Positions 1 through 14,211 of a DNA stretch of 64,000 nt are shown one piece after another; the first letter of the stretch is position 1, and every line of letters starts with the position of its first letter. The stretch covers positions 14,384,001-14,448,000 of the forward strand of contig CM022679.1 of the NCBI GenBank assembly GCA_012295275.1, given 5' to 3'. This DNA is from Chrysomallon squamiferum. Lineage: Eukaryota > Animalia > Mollusca. A model generated the notes under the pieces. That model was given only the letters and a program-made list of their open reading frames with translations, was not told the origin of the DNA and ran no database searches. Both the position numbers and the translations under genes were made by a program.

Positions 1-43
<43 letters not shown>

Positions 44-58
44 CATACATACATATAT

Positions 59-3000
59 TTAGAGAAAGAAAAGAAAGAAAACACTGAAGCAGCTTTTATG
101 AATGAACAAAAGGGAGAATGAATAAAGATAGAAATAATTAATGAAACAGATGGAAGTGTGGTATGGAGAAAGAAGACAGAGAATACTAACTGACTGAAGA
201 AAAAAATAAATAAATAAAACCTTATGTGAGATGTGTTCACTGGTATATTTAGAATGGTATATTTGTGAGATGTGTTCACTGGTATATTTAGAGTGCCCTC
301 CCTTATGTGAGATGTGTTCACTGGTATATTTATAGTGGTCTCCCTTATGTGAGATGTGTTCACTGGTACATTTAGAGTGGCCTCCCTTATGTGAGATGTG
401 TTCACTGGTTTTTACAGTCGCCTCCCTTATGTGAGATGTGTTCACTGGTATATTTAGAGTGGCCTCCCTTATATGAGATGTGTTCACTGGTTTTTAGAGT
501 GGCCTCCCTTATGTGAGTTGTGTTCAATGGTATATTTAGAGTGGCCTCCCTTATGTGAGATGTGTTCACTGGTTTTTAGAGTCGCGTCCATTATCTGAGA
601 TCTGTTCACTGGTATATTTAGAGTGGCCTCCCTTATGTGAGATGAGTTCACTGGTTTTTAGAGTAGCCTCCCTTATGTGAGATGTGTTCACTGGTATATT
701 TAGAGTGACCTCCCTTATGTGAGATGTGTTCACTGCTATAGTTACAATAGCCTACCCCATGTGAGATGTGTTCACTGGTATTAAGAAAATAACAAAGAAA
801 ATTCGATTACAAAAGAGTGCATGAACTGATTCAAATATATGAGAAATAAATAATAAATAAATCAAATGAAAAATAAAGAAGGATGGAAAGAAAGAAAAAA
901 ATGAAATAAAAGACAGATAAGATGGAAAGAAAAGAAAGAAAGAAAGGTAGAAAAGAAAGAAGTAAGGATAGAAAAAAAAAAGAACGAAGGAAAGAAAGAA
1001 AAGAAAACAGAACGACCGAAAGAAAGAAAAGAAAGAAAACACTGAAGCAGCTTTGCGAATGAACAAAACAGAGAATGAATAAAGATAGAAATAATAAATA
1101 AAAGAGATCCAAGCGTGCTACTATTTAAACACAGCATTCTTTTCAGTTTTTATTAAAAATAAAATATTAAACCATTTGTAGACTGCATTGATTAGCAGGT
1201 TAAGAATTTCCATACTGAATTTCTTCATTTCATTACAGAGAAAGAAGACAGAGAATACTAACTGAAGAAAAAAAGAAGAAACAATAAATAAATAAAAGTG
1301 GCCTCCCTTATGTGAGATGTGTTTACTGACATATTTAGAGTGGCCTCCCTTATGTGAGATGTGTTCACTGGTATATTTAGAGTGGCCTCCCTTATGTGAG
1401 ATGTGTTCACTGTATATTTGGTATATTTGTGAGAGTGTTCACCCTCCCTTATGTGAGATGTGTTCACTGGTATATTTAGAGTGGCCTCCCTTATGTGAGA
1501 TGTGTTCACTGGTATATTTAGAGTGGCCTCCCTTATGTGAGATGTGTTCACTGGTATATTTAGAGTGGCCTCCCTTATGTGAGATGTGTTCACTGGTTTT
1601 TAGATTTATGTGAGTTGTGTTCACTGCCCATTTAGAGTGGCCTCCCTTATGTGAGATGTGTTCACTGGTTTTTAGAGGTATATTTGAGATGTGTTCACTG
1701 GTATATTTAGAGTGGCCTACCTCATGTGAGATGTGTTCAGTGGTATAAAGAAAATAACAAAGAAAATTCGATTACAAAAGCACAAATAAACAGTCAGTGA
1801 GAGCAGAGTGCATGAACTGATTAAAAATATATGAGAAATAAATAATAAATAAATCATAATATGAAAAATAAAGAAGGATGGAAAGAATGAAAGAAAGGAA
1901 AGAAAATATAGAAAAGATGGAAAGAAAAGAAAGAAAGAAAGGTAGAAAAGAATGAAGTAAGGATAGAAAGAAAAAAGAACGAATGAAAGAAATAAAAGAA
2001 AGAAAACATTGAAGCAGCTTTGTGAATGAACAAAACGGAGAATGAATAAAGATAGAAATAACAAATAAAAGAGATCCAAGCGTGGTACTGTTTAATGGCA
2101 GCATTCTTTTCATCTTTTATTCAAAATAAAATATAAACTGGATTGATTAGCAGGTTAAGAATTTCCATACTGAATTTCTTCATTGGATTACGGAGAAAGA
2201 AAAACAGAATAGTAACTGACTGAAGAAAAAATAAATAAATAAATCTTATGTGAGATGTGTTCACTGGTATATTTAGAGTGGCCTCCCTTATGTGAGATGT
2301 GTTCACTGGAATATTTAGAGTGGCCTCCCTTATGTGAGATGTGTTCACTGGTTTTTAGAGTGGCCTCCCTTATGTGAGATGTGTTCACTGGTATATTTAG
2401 AGTGGCCTCCCTTATGTGAGATGTGTTCACTGGTTTTTAGAGTCGCCTCCCTTATGTGAGTTGTGTTCACTGGTATATTTAGAGTGGCCTCCCTTATGTG
2501 AGATGTGTTCACTGGAATATTTAGAGTGGCCTCCCTTATGTGAGATGTGTTCACTGGTTTTTAGAGTTGCCTCCCTTATGTGAGATGATGTTGTTCACTG
2601 GTATATTTAGAGTGGCCTCCCTTATGTGAGATGTGTTCACTGGTTTTTAGAGTCGCCTCCCTTATGTGAGTTGTGTTCACTGGTATATTTAGAGTGGCCT
2701 CCCTTATGTGAGATGTGTTCACTAGTAGAGTTACAATAGCCTACATCATGCGAGATGTGTTCAGTGGTATAAAGAAAATAACAAAGAAAATTTGATTACA
2801 AAAGCATAAATAAACAGTCAGTGAGAGCAGAGTGCATGAACTGATTAAAAATATATGATAAATAAATAATAAATAAATCATAATATGAAAAATAAAGAAG
2901 GATGGAAAGAATGAAAGATTGGAAAGAAAATATAGAAAAAATGGAATGAAAAGAAAGAAAGAAAGGTAGAAAAGAAAGAAGTAAGTATAGAAAGAAAAAA

Positions 3001-6000
3001 GAAGGAAAGAAAGAAAGAAAACAAAGAAAACATTGAAGCAGCTTTTTGCGAATGAACAAAACAGAGAATGAATAAAGATAGAAATAACAAATAAAAGAGA
3101 TCCAAGCGTGGTACTGTTTAAACACAACATTCTTTTCATCTTTTATTCAAAATAAAATATAAAACCATGTGTAGACTGCATTGATTAGCAGGTTAAGAAT
3201 TTCCACACTGAATTTCTTCATTTGATTACAGAGAAAGAAAACAGAGAATACTAACGGACTGAAGGAAAAATAAATAAATAAAACTTATGTGAGATGTGTT
3301 CACTAGTATATTTAGAGTGGCCTCCCTTATGTGAGATGTGTTCACTGGTTTTTAGAGTCGCCTCCCTTAAATATTTAAGTGGCCTCCCCCTTATGTGAGA
3401 TGTGTTCACTGGTATTTTTAGAGTGCCCTCCCTTATGTGAGATGTGTTCACTGGTATATTTAGAGTGGCCTCCCTTATGTGAGATGTGTTCACTGGTATA
3501 TTTAGAGTGGCCTCCCTTATGTGAGATGTGTTCACTGGTTTTTAGAGTGGCCTCCCTTATGTGAGTTGTGTTCACTGGTATATTTAGAGTGGCCTCCCTT
3601 ATGTGAGATGTGTTCACTGGTTTTTAGAGTCGCCTCCCTTATGTGAGATGTGTTCACTGGTATATTTAGAGTGGCCTCCCTTATGTGAGATGTGTTCACT
3701 AGTAGAGTTACAATAGCCTACGTCATGCGAGATGTGTTGAGTGGTATAAAGAAAATAACAAAGAAAATTCAATTACAAAAGCACAAATAAACAATCAGTG
3801 AGAGCAGAGTGCATGAACTGATTAAAAATATACGACAAATAAATAATAGATAAATCATAATATGAAAAATAAAGAAGGATGGAAAGAATGAAAGAAAGGA
3901 AAGAAAATATAGAAAAGATGAAAAGAAAAGAAAGAAAGAAAGGTAGAAAAGAATGAAGTAAGGATAGAAAGAAAAAAGAACGAATGAAAGAAATAAAAGA
4001 AACAAAACATTGAAGCAGCTTCACGAATGAACAAAACGGAGAATGAATAAAGATAGAAATAACAAATAAAAGAGATCCAAGCGTGGTACTGTTTAAAGGT
4101 AGCATTCTTTCATCTTTTATTCAAAATAAAATATAAACTGCATTGATTAGCAGGTTAAGAATTTCCATACTGAATTTCTTCATTAGATTACGGAGAAAGA
4201 AAACAGAATAGTAACTGACTGAAAAAAAAAAAAAAAAATCTTATCTGAGATGTGTTCACTGGTATATTTAGAGTGGCCTCCCTTATGTGAGATGTGTTCA
4301 CTGGAATATTTAGAGTGGCCTCCCTTATGTGAGATGTGTTCACTGGTTTTTAGAGTGGCCTCCCTTATGTGAGATGTGTTCACTAGTATATTTAGAGTGG
4401 CCTCCCTTATGTGAGATGTGTTCACTGGTTTTTAGAGTCGCCTCCCTTATGTGAGTTGTGTTCACTGGTATATTTAGAGTGGCCTCCCTTATGTGAGATG
4501 TGTTCACTGGTTTTTAGAGTCGCCTCCCTTATGTGAGATGTGTTCACTAGTATATTTAGAGTGGCCTCCCTTATGTGAGATGTGTTCACTGGTATATTTA
4601 GAATGGCCTCCCTTATGTGAGATGTGTTCACTGGTATATTTAGAGTGGCCTCCCTTATGTGTTGTGAGATGTGTTCACTGGTTTTAGAGTGGCCTCCCTT
4701 ATGTGAGTTGTGTTCACTGGTATATTTAGAGTGGCCTCCCTTATGTGAGATGTGTTCACTAGTAGAGTTACAATAGCCTACATCATGCGAGATGTGTTGA
4801 GTGGTATAAAGAAAATAACAAAGAAAATTCGATTACAAAAGCATAAATAAACAGTCAGTGAGAACAGAGTGCATGAACTGATTAAAAATATATGATAAAT
4901 AAATAATAAATAAATCATAATATGAAAAATAAAGAAGGATGGAAAGAATGAAAGATTGGAAAGAAAATATAGAAAAAATGGAATGAAAAGAAAGAAAGAA
5001 AGGTAGAAAAGAAAGAAGTAAGTATAGAAAGAAAAAAGAAGGAAAGAAAGAAAGAAAACAAAGAAAACATTGAAGCAGCTTTGCGAATGAACAAAACAGA
5101 GAATGAATAAAGATAGAAATAACAAATAAAAGAGATCCAAGCGTGGTACTGTTTAAACACAACATTCTTTTCATCTTTTATTCAAAATAAAATATAAAAC
5201 CATGTGTAGACTGCATTGATTAGCAGGTTAAGAATTTCCACACTGAATTTCTTCATTTGATTACAGAGAAAGAAAACAGAGAATACTAACGGACTGAACG
5301 AAAAATAAATAAATAAAACTTATGTGAGATGTGTTCACTAGTATATTTAGAGTGGTCTCCCTTATGTGAGATGTGTTCACTGGTTTTTAGAGTCACCTCC
5401 CTTATGTGAGTTGTGTTCACTGGTATATTTAGAGTGGCCTCCCTTATGTGAGATGTGTTCACTGGTATATTTAGAGTGCCCTCCCTTATGTGAGATGTGT
5501 TCACTGGAATATTTAGAGTGGCCTCCCTTATGTGAGATGTGTTCACTGGTTTTTAGAGTCGCCTCCCTTATGTGAGATGTGTTCACTAGTATATTTAGAG
5601 TGGCCTCCCTTATGTGAGATGTGTTCACTGGATTTTTAGAGTGGCCTCCCTTATGTGAGATGTGTTCACTGGTATATTTAGAGTGGCCTCCCTTATGTGA
5701 GATGTGTTCACTGGTTTTTAGAGTCGCCTCCCTTATGTGAGTTGTGTTCACTGGTATATTTAGAGTGGCCTCCCTTATGTGAGATGTGTTCACTAGTAGA
5801 GTTATAATAGCCTACGTCAAGCGAGATGTGTTCAGTGGTATAAAGAAAATAACAAAGAAAATTGGATTACAAAAGTGTAAATATACAGTCAGTGAGAGCA
5901 GAATGCATTAACTGATTAAAAATATATGATAAATAAATAATAAATAAATATGAAAAATAAAGAAGGATGGAAAGAATGAAAGAAAGGAAATAAAATATAG

Positions 6001-9000
6001 AAAAGATGAAAAGAAAAGAAAGAAAGAAAGGTAGAAAAGAAAGAAGTAAGGATAGAAAGAAAAAAGAACTAATAAAAGAAAGAAAAGAAAGAAAACATTG
6101 AAGCAGCTTCGCGAATGAACAAAACGGAGAATGAATAAAGATAGAAATAACAAATAAAAGAGATCCAAGCGTGGTACTGTTTAAAGGCAGCATTCTTTTC
6201 AGCTTTTATTCAAAATAAAATATAAACTGCATTGATTAGCAGGTTAAGAATTTCCATACTGAATTTCTTCATTGGATTACGGAGAAAGAAAACAGAGAAT
6301 ACTAACTGACTGAAGAAAAAAAAAAAAAATAAAACCTTATGCGAGATGTGTTCACTGGTATATTTAGAGTGGCCTCCCTTATGTGAGATGTGTTCACTGG
6401 AATATTTAGAGTGGCCTCCCTTATGTGAGATGTGTTCACTGGTTTTTAGAGTGGCCTCCCTTATGTGAGATGTGTTCACTGGTATATTTAGAGTGGCCTC
6501 CCTTATGTGAGATGTGTTCACTGGTTTTTAGAGTCGCCTCCCTTATGTGAGTTGTGTTCACTGGTATATTTAGAGTGGCCTCCCTTATGTGAGATGTGTT
6601 CACTAGTAGAGTTACAATAGCCTACATCATGCGAGATGTGTTGAGTGGTATAAAGAAAATAACAAAGAAAATTCGATTACAAAAGCATAAATAAACAGTC
6701 AGTGAGAACAGAGTGCATGAACTGATTAAAAATATATGATAAATAAATAATAAATAAATCATAATATGAAAAAATAAAGAAGGATGGAAAGAATGAAAGA
6801 TTGGAAAGAAAATATAGAAAAAATGGAATGAAAAGAAAAAGAAAGAAAGGTAGAAAAGAAAGAAGTAAGTATAGAAAGAAAAAAGAAGGAAAGAAAGAAA
6901 GAAAAGAAAAAAAAGAAAGAAAACATTGAAGCAGCTTTGCGAATGAACAAAACAGAGAATGAATAAAGATAGAAATAACAAATAAAAAGAGATCCAAGCG
7001 TGGTAACTGTTTAAACACAACATTCTTTTCATCTTTTATTCAAAATAAAATATAAAACCATGTGTAGACTGCATTGATTAGCAGGTTAAGAATTTCCACA
7101 CTGAATTTCTTCATTTGATTACAGAGAAAGAAAAAACAGAGAATACTAACTGACTGAAGGAAAAATAAATAAATAAAACTTATGCGAGATGTGTTCACTA
7201 GTATATTTAGAGTGGCCTCCCTTATGTGAGATGTGTTCACTAGAGTTTTTAGAGTCGCCTATTTATGTGAGAGATGTGTTCACTGGTATTTTTAGAGTGG
7301 CCTCCCTTATGTGAGATGTGTTCACTGGTATTTTAGAGTGGCCTCCCTTATGTGAGATGTGTTCACTGGTATATTTAGAGTGGCCTCCCTTATGTGAGAT
7401 GTGTTCACTGGTTTTTAGAGTGCCTCCCTTATGTGAGATGTGTTCACTGGTATAACAAATGGCCTCCCTTATTTAGAGTGGCCTCCTTATGTGAGATGTG
7501 TTCACTGGTATTTAGAGTTGAAAAATTTATGTGAGATGTGTTCATTAAGTGAAATAAAAAGAAGTGGCCTCCCTTATGAAAAATGTGTTCACTGGTATAT
7601 TTAGAGTGGCCTCCCTTATGTGAGATGTGACAATTTTTAGATGTGTAGTTGTATTCAAAATAAAAATAAATGAAAATTCAATTAGGTTAAAATTTCCATA
7701 AATAAACATTAGATTAGTGAGAAAGAAAACAGATGTGTTCATAAATAAAATAAATCATAATATGAAAAATGGGATGGAATTGAAAGAAAGGAAATTGAAA
7801 AGATGGAAAAGAAAACAAGAGTGGCCTCCCCTGAATGTGTTCACTGGATTTTAGAAAAAAGAAGTTGTGTTCACTGAATAAAGATAGTGGTTTTAGAGTG
7901 GCCTCCCTTATGTGAGATGTCTTTTCATCTTTTATTCAAAAGTGGCCTCCCTTATGTGAGATGTGTTCACTGTATATTTAGAATTTCCATATGTGAGATT
8001 TGTTTTTAGAGTGGCCTCCCCTTATGTGAGATGTGTTCACTGGTATATTTAGAGTGGCCTCCCTTATGTGAGATGTGTTCACTGGTTTTAGAGTGGCCTC
8101 CCCCTTATGTGAGATGTGTTCACTGGTATTTTAGAGTGGCCTCCCTTATGTGAGATGTGTTCACTGGTATATTTAGAGTGGCCTCCCTTATGTGAGATGT
8201 GTTCACTGGTTTTAGAGTCGCCTCCCTTATGTGAGTTGTGTTCACTGGTATATTTAGAGTGGCCTCCCTTATGTGAGATGTGTTCACTAGTAGAGTTACA
8301 ATAGCCTACATCATGCGAGATGTGTTGAGTGGTATAAAGAAAATAACAAAGAAAATTCGATTACAAAAGCATAAATAAACAGTCAGTGAGAACAGAGTGC
8401 ATGAACTGATTAAAAATATATGATAAATAAATAATAAATAAATCATAATATGAAAAATAAAGAAGGATGGAAAGAATGAAAGATTGGAAAGAAAATATAG
8501 AAAAAATGGAATGAAAAGAAAGAAAGAAAAGGTAGAAAAGAAAGAAGTAAGGATAGAAAAAAAAAAGAAGGAAAGAAAGAAAGAAAAGACAAAGAGAAAA
8601 CATTGAAGCAGCTTTTTATGAATGAACAAAACAGAGAATGAATAAAGATAGAAATAACAAATAAAAGAGATCCAAGCGTGGTACTGTTTAAACACAACAT
8701 TCTTTTCATCTTTTATTCAAAATAAAATATAAAACCATGTGTAGACTGCATTGATTAGCAGGTTAAGAATTTCCACACTGAATTTCTTCATTTGATTACA
8801 GAGAAAGAAAACAGAGAATACTAACGGACTGAACGAAAAATAAATAAATAAAACTTATGTGAGATGTGTTCACTAGTATATTTAGAGTGGTCTCCCTTAT
8901 GTGAGATGTGTTCACTGGTTTTAGAGTCACCTCCCCTTATGTGAGTTGTGTTCACTGGTATATTTATTTAGAGATGTGTTCACTCTCCCTTATGTGAGAT

Positions 9001-12000
9001 GTGTTCACTGGTATATTTAGAGTGCCCTCCCTTATGTGAGATGTGTTCACTGGAATATTTAGAGTGGCCTCCCTTATGTGAGATGTGTTCACTGGTATAT
9101 TTAGAGTGCCCTCCCTTATGTGAGATGTGTTCACTGGTTTTTAGAGTCGCCTCCCTTATGTGAGTTGTGTTCACTGGTATATTTAGAGTGGCCTCCCTTA
9201 TGTGAGATGTGTTCACTGGAATATTTAGAGTGGCCTCCCTTATGTGAGATGTGTTCACTGGTTTTTAGAGTCGCCTCCCTTATGTGAAATGTGTTCACTA
9301 GTATATTTAGAGTGGCCTCCCTTATGTGAGATGTGTTCACTAGTAGAGTTATAATAGCCTACGTCAAGCGAGATGTGTTCAGTGGTATAAAGAAAATAAC
9401 AAAGAAAATTGGATTACAAAAGTGTAAATATACAGTCAGTGAGAGCAGAATGCATTAACTGATTAAAAATATATGATAAATAAAAATAAATAAATAAATA
9501 TGAAAAATAAAGAAGGATGGAAAGAATGAAAGAAAGGAAATAAAATATAGAAAAGATGAAAAAAAAAAAAAAAAAGAAAGGTAGAAAAGAAAGAAGTAAG
9601 GATAGAAAAAAAAAAAAGAACTAATAAAAGAAAGAAAAGAAAGAAAACATTGAAGCAGCTTCATGAATGAACAAAACGGAGAATGAATAAAGATAGAAAT
9701 AACAAATAAAAGAGATCCAAGCGTGGTACTGTTTAAAGGCAGCATTCTTTTCAGCTTTTATTCAAAATAAAATATAAACTGCATTGATTAGCAGGTTAAG
9801 AATTTCCATACTGAATTTCTTCATTGGATTACGGAGAAAGAAAACAGAGAATACTAACTGACTGAAGAAAAAAAAAAATAAACCTTATGCGAGATGTGAT
9901 GTGTTCACTGGTATATTTAGAGTGGCCTCCCTTATGTGAGATGTGTTCACTGGATATTTATTTAGAGTGGCCTCCCTTATGTGAGATGTGTTCACTGGTT
10001 TTTAGATTGGCCTCCCTTATGTGAGATGTGTTCACTAGTATATTTAGAGTGGCCTCCCTTATGTGAGATGTGTTCACTGGTTTTTAGAGTCGCCTCCCTT
10101 ATGTGAGTTGTGTTCACTGGTATATTTAGAGTGGCCTCCCTTATGTGAGATGTGTTCACTAGTAGAGTTACAATAGCCTACATCATGCGAGATGTGTTGA
10201 GTGGTATAAAGAAAATAACAAAGAAAATTCGATTACAAAAGCATAAATAAACAGTCAGTGAGAACAGAGTGCATGAACTGATTAAAAATATATGATAAAT
10301 AAATAATAAATAAATCATAATATGAAAAATAAAGAAGGATGGAAAGAATGAAAGATTGGAAAGAAAATATAGAAAAAATGGAATGAAAAGAAAAAAAGAA
10401 AGGTAGAAAAGAAAGAAGTAAGTATAGAAAGAAAAAAGAAGGAAAGAAAGAAAGAAAAGAAAGAAAAGAAAGAAAACATTGAAGCAGCTTTGCGAATGAA
10501 CAAAACAGAGAATGGATAAAGATAGAAATAACAAATAAAAGAGATCCAAGCGTGGTACTGTTTAAAGACAACATTCTTTTCATCTTTTATTCAAAATAAA
10601 ATATAAAACCATGTGTAGACTGCATTGATTAGCAGGTTAAGAATTTCCACACTGAATTTCTTCATTTGATTACAGAGAAAGAAAACAGAGAATACTAACT
10701 GACTGAAGGAAAAATAAATAAATAAAACTTATGCGAGATGTGTTCACTAGTATATTTAGAGTGGCCTCCCTTATGTGAGATGTGTTCACTGGTTTTTAGA
10801 GTCGCCTCCCTTATGTGAGTTGTGTTCACTGGTATATTTAGAGTGGCCTCCCTTATGTGAGATATGTTCACTGGTATATTTAGAGTGGCCTCCCTTATGT
10901 GAGATGTGTTCACTGGTTTTTAGAGTCGCCTCCCTTATGTGAGTTGTGTTCACTGGTATATTTAGAGTGGCCTCCCTTCATGTGAGATATGTTCACTGGT
11001 ATATTTAGAGTGGCCTTTTGAGATGTGTTCACTGATTTTTAGAGTGGCCTCCCTTATGTGAGTTGTGTTCACTGGTATATTTAGAGTGGCCTCCCTTATG
11101 TGAGATGTATTCACTGGTTTTTAGAGTCGCCGCCTGAGATGTGTTCAGTGGTATATTTAGAGTGGCCTCCCTTATGTGAGATGTGTTCACTGATTTTTAG
11201 AGTCGCCTCCCTTATGTGAGTTGTGTTCACTGGTACCTTTAGAGTGGCCTCCCTTATGTGAAATGTGTTCTCTGGTTTTTAGAGTCGCCTCCCTTATGTG
11301 AGTTGTGCTCACTGGTATATTTAGAGTGGCCTCCCTTATGTGAGATGTGTTCACTGGTTTTTAGAGTCACCTCCGTTATGTGAGATGTGTTCACTGGTAT
11401 ATTTAGAGTGGCCTCCCTTGTGTGAGATGTGTTCACTGGTTTTTAGAGTCGCCTCCCTTATGTGAGTTGTGTTCACTGGTATATTTAGAGTGACCTCCCT
11501 TATGTGAGATGTGTTCACTAGTAGAGTTATAATAGCCTACATCAAGCGAGCTGTGTTGAGTGGTATAAAGAAAATAAGAAAGAAAATTGGATTACAAAAG
11601 TGTAAATAAATAGTCAGTGAGAGCAGAGTGCATTGACTGAGTAAAAATATATGATAAATAAATAATAAATAAATATGAAAAATAAAGAAGGATGGAAAGA
11701 ATGAAAGAAAGGAAATAAAATATAGAAAAGATGAAAAGAAAGAAAGAAAGGTAGAAAAGAATGAAGTAAGGATAGAAAGAAAAAAGAACGAATGAAAGAA
11801 AGAAAAGAAAGAAAACATTGAAGCAGCTTCGTGAATGAACAAAACAAGGAATGAATAAAGATAGAAATAATAAATAAAAGAGATCCAAGCGTGGTACTGT
11901 TTAAAGGCAGCATTCTTTTCATCTTTTATTAAAAATAAAATATTAAACCATTTGTAGACTGCATTGATTAGCAGGTTAAGAATTTCCATACTGAATTTCT

Positions 12001-12930
12001 TCATTGGATTACGAAGTAAGAAAACAGAGAATACTGACTGAAGAAAAAAAAACTAAAAAAAACTTATGCGAGTTGTGTTCACTGGTATATTTAGAGTGGC
12101 CTCCCTTATGTGAGATGTGTTCACTGGTATATTTAGAGTGCCCTCCCTTATGTGAGATGTGTTCACTGGTTTTTAGAGTCGCCTCCCTTATGTGAGTTGT
12201 GTTCACTGGTATATTTAGAGTGGCCTCCCTTATGTGAGATGTATTCACTGGTTTTTAGAGTCGCCTCCCTTATGTGAGATGTGTTCACTGGTATATTTAG
12301 AGTTGCCTCTCTTATGTGAGATGTGTTCACTGGTATATTTAGAGTGGCCTCCCTTATGTGAGATTTGTTCACTGGTTTTATTCAAAATAACATATAAACT
12401 GCATTGATTAGCAGGTTAAGAATTTTGATACTGAATTTCTTCATTTGATTACGGAGAAAGAAAACAGAGAATAGTAACTGACTGAAGAAAAAATAAATAA
12501 ATAAAACTTATGTGAGATGTGTTCACTGGTATATTTAGAGTGGCCTCCCTTATGTGAGTTGTGTTCACTGGTTTTTAGAGTTGCCTCCCTTATGTGAGAT
12601 GTGTTCACTGGTTTTAATAAAATAAGAAAGAAAATTTGATTACAAAAGCATAAATAAACAGTCAGTGAGAGGAGAGTGTATAAGCTGATTGAAAATATAT
12701 GATAAATAAATAATAAATAAATCATAATATGAAAAATAAAGAAGGATGGAAAGAATGAAAGAAAGGAAATAAAATATAGAAAAGATGGAAAGAAAAGAAA
12801 GAAAAGATGAAAAGAAAGGTAGAAAAGAAAGGATAGAAAGAAAGGATAGAAAGAAAAAAGAACGAATGAAAGAAAGAAAAGAAAGAAAACATTAAAGCAG
12901 CTTAGCAAATGAACAAAAGGGAGAATGAAT
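59..12930. repeat. Composite satellite block 1: arrays of a 42/40-bp minisatellite alternating with a ~550-bp purine-rich spacer (about 12 spacers)
   Basis: Units TTCACTGGTATATTTAGAGTGGCCTCCCTTATGTGAGATGTG (42 bp) and TTCACTGGTTTTTAGAGTCGCCTCCCTTATGTGAG(A/T)TGTG (40 bp). Spacers begin near 740, 1720, 2725, 3700, 4762, 5795, 6605, 8290, 9345, 10160 and 11520. Confidence 0.95.
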
Positions 12931-14060
12931 ATATATATATATACACACATACATACACATGTATACATACATACGTACATACATATATATATATATGTAC
13001 TTACATACATACATATATATATATATACACATACACACACATACACAGACACACATGCACATTCATACAACATACTGTATAAAAACATGGGATTAAGCTT
13101 GTACCAGGTCATTAATATTCAGTACACTCTTTTTGGCCATTTTCAAAGCCACGCCTTCTTCCCGGTCACTGAGAAGGTGAACACAAGAAATTCCTTATTG
13201 CTAATCAATAATGAAATCCCATGGCAAGGCAATAGCAGGTGTCTTCTGTCACTGTACAAGAAAATGAACAACTTTTACATCAAATAACCTCTCATATTAA
13301 AATGTACTGTGATGATTTTCATTCATAAATTTTACTTTAGGAAAATATAAAACCCCAACGTAACATTATATTTTTAACCGTAAATTCAACAGATAACAAG
13401 AATATCATATAAAAAGACTTTGATAATAAAACATTTATTTCATTAACATGATAAATACATAACCCTTGACAAAAATATTTTTTTTTGTCAAATTCAGCAG
13501 TATACATACAAAGCTTATATAAAGATGGGAATAAAAAAGAATAAAATATATATTTTTTAAAATTTTCATTATTTTTACAAGTTAGTAAATAATAAAAAGA
13601 AAGAAGAAAATAACTAGACATATCCATAAACAGTTAAATTATAAGCACAATGACAAATGTAGCTATGTAAATAACAAGCACACAATATTCATGATGAAAT
13701 AGACTATTGTACTTTCAAAGTGTTGTGATAGTAATATTTTTGTAAAAACAAAAAAAATCTTTTTATATGCTTTTCAGATTGTGATAAAAATATCAGCTGT
13801 TTTCTGTTTTTCTTAATAATAATAATTAAAAAATAAAAAATAAAAATAATAATAATAATAATAATAATAATAAGACAAAGAAGAAGAAGAATAAAACCCC
13901 CTAAAATAATATTATGTTTCGTTATTAAAATATTGTCAAGCACTAATGAAAGTAGTTAAATAAAAGAATTACAGTGTGGTGACTGCCATGTTCAGTATTT
14001 GTATTAAAAGGAATAATTGAAAGCATGGCTGAATATTAAAAAAAAAACAATAATAATAAA

Positions 14061-14103
<43 letters not shown>

Positions 14104-14211
14104 TAAATAAATAAAAAAAATTTCACAAAAACAATATACTAATAAAATTTACATAAACGTTTTTATTTTTTTTTTTTTTTTTTCGTTAAGTATAGAAATA
14201 TGTTCTGTTTT
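12630..14211. repeat. Duplicated flank, copy 1 (near-identical to 24880-26461)
   Basis: Terminal spacer, TA/CA microsatellite and ~1.1 kb of complex sequence repeated at an offset of ~12.25 kb; homology ends after GTATAGAAATATGTTCTGTTT. Confidence 0.92.
13150..13260 (+). mobile_element. Degenerate SINE-like fragment (also at ~25390-25500)
   Basis: GAAGGTGAACACAAGAAATTCCTTATTGCTAATCAATAA...CCCATGG...AGCAGGTGTCTTCT is similar to 55720-55800. Confidence 0.35.
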
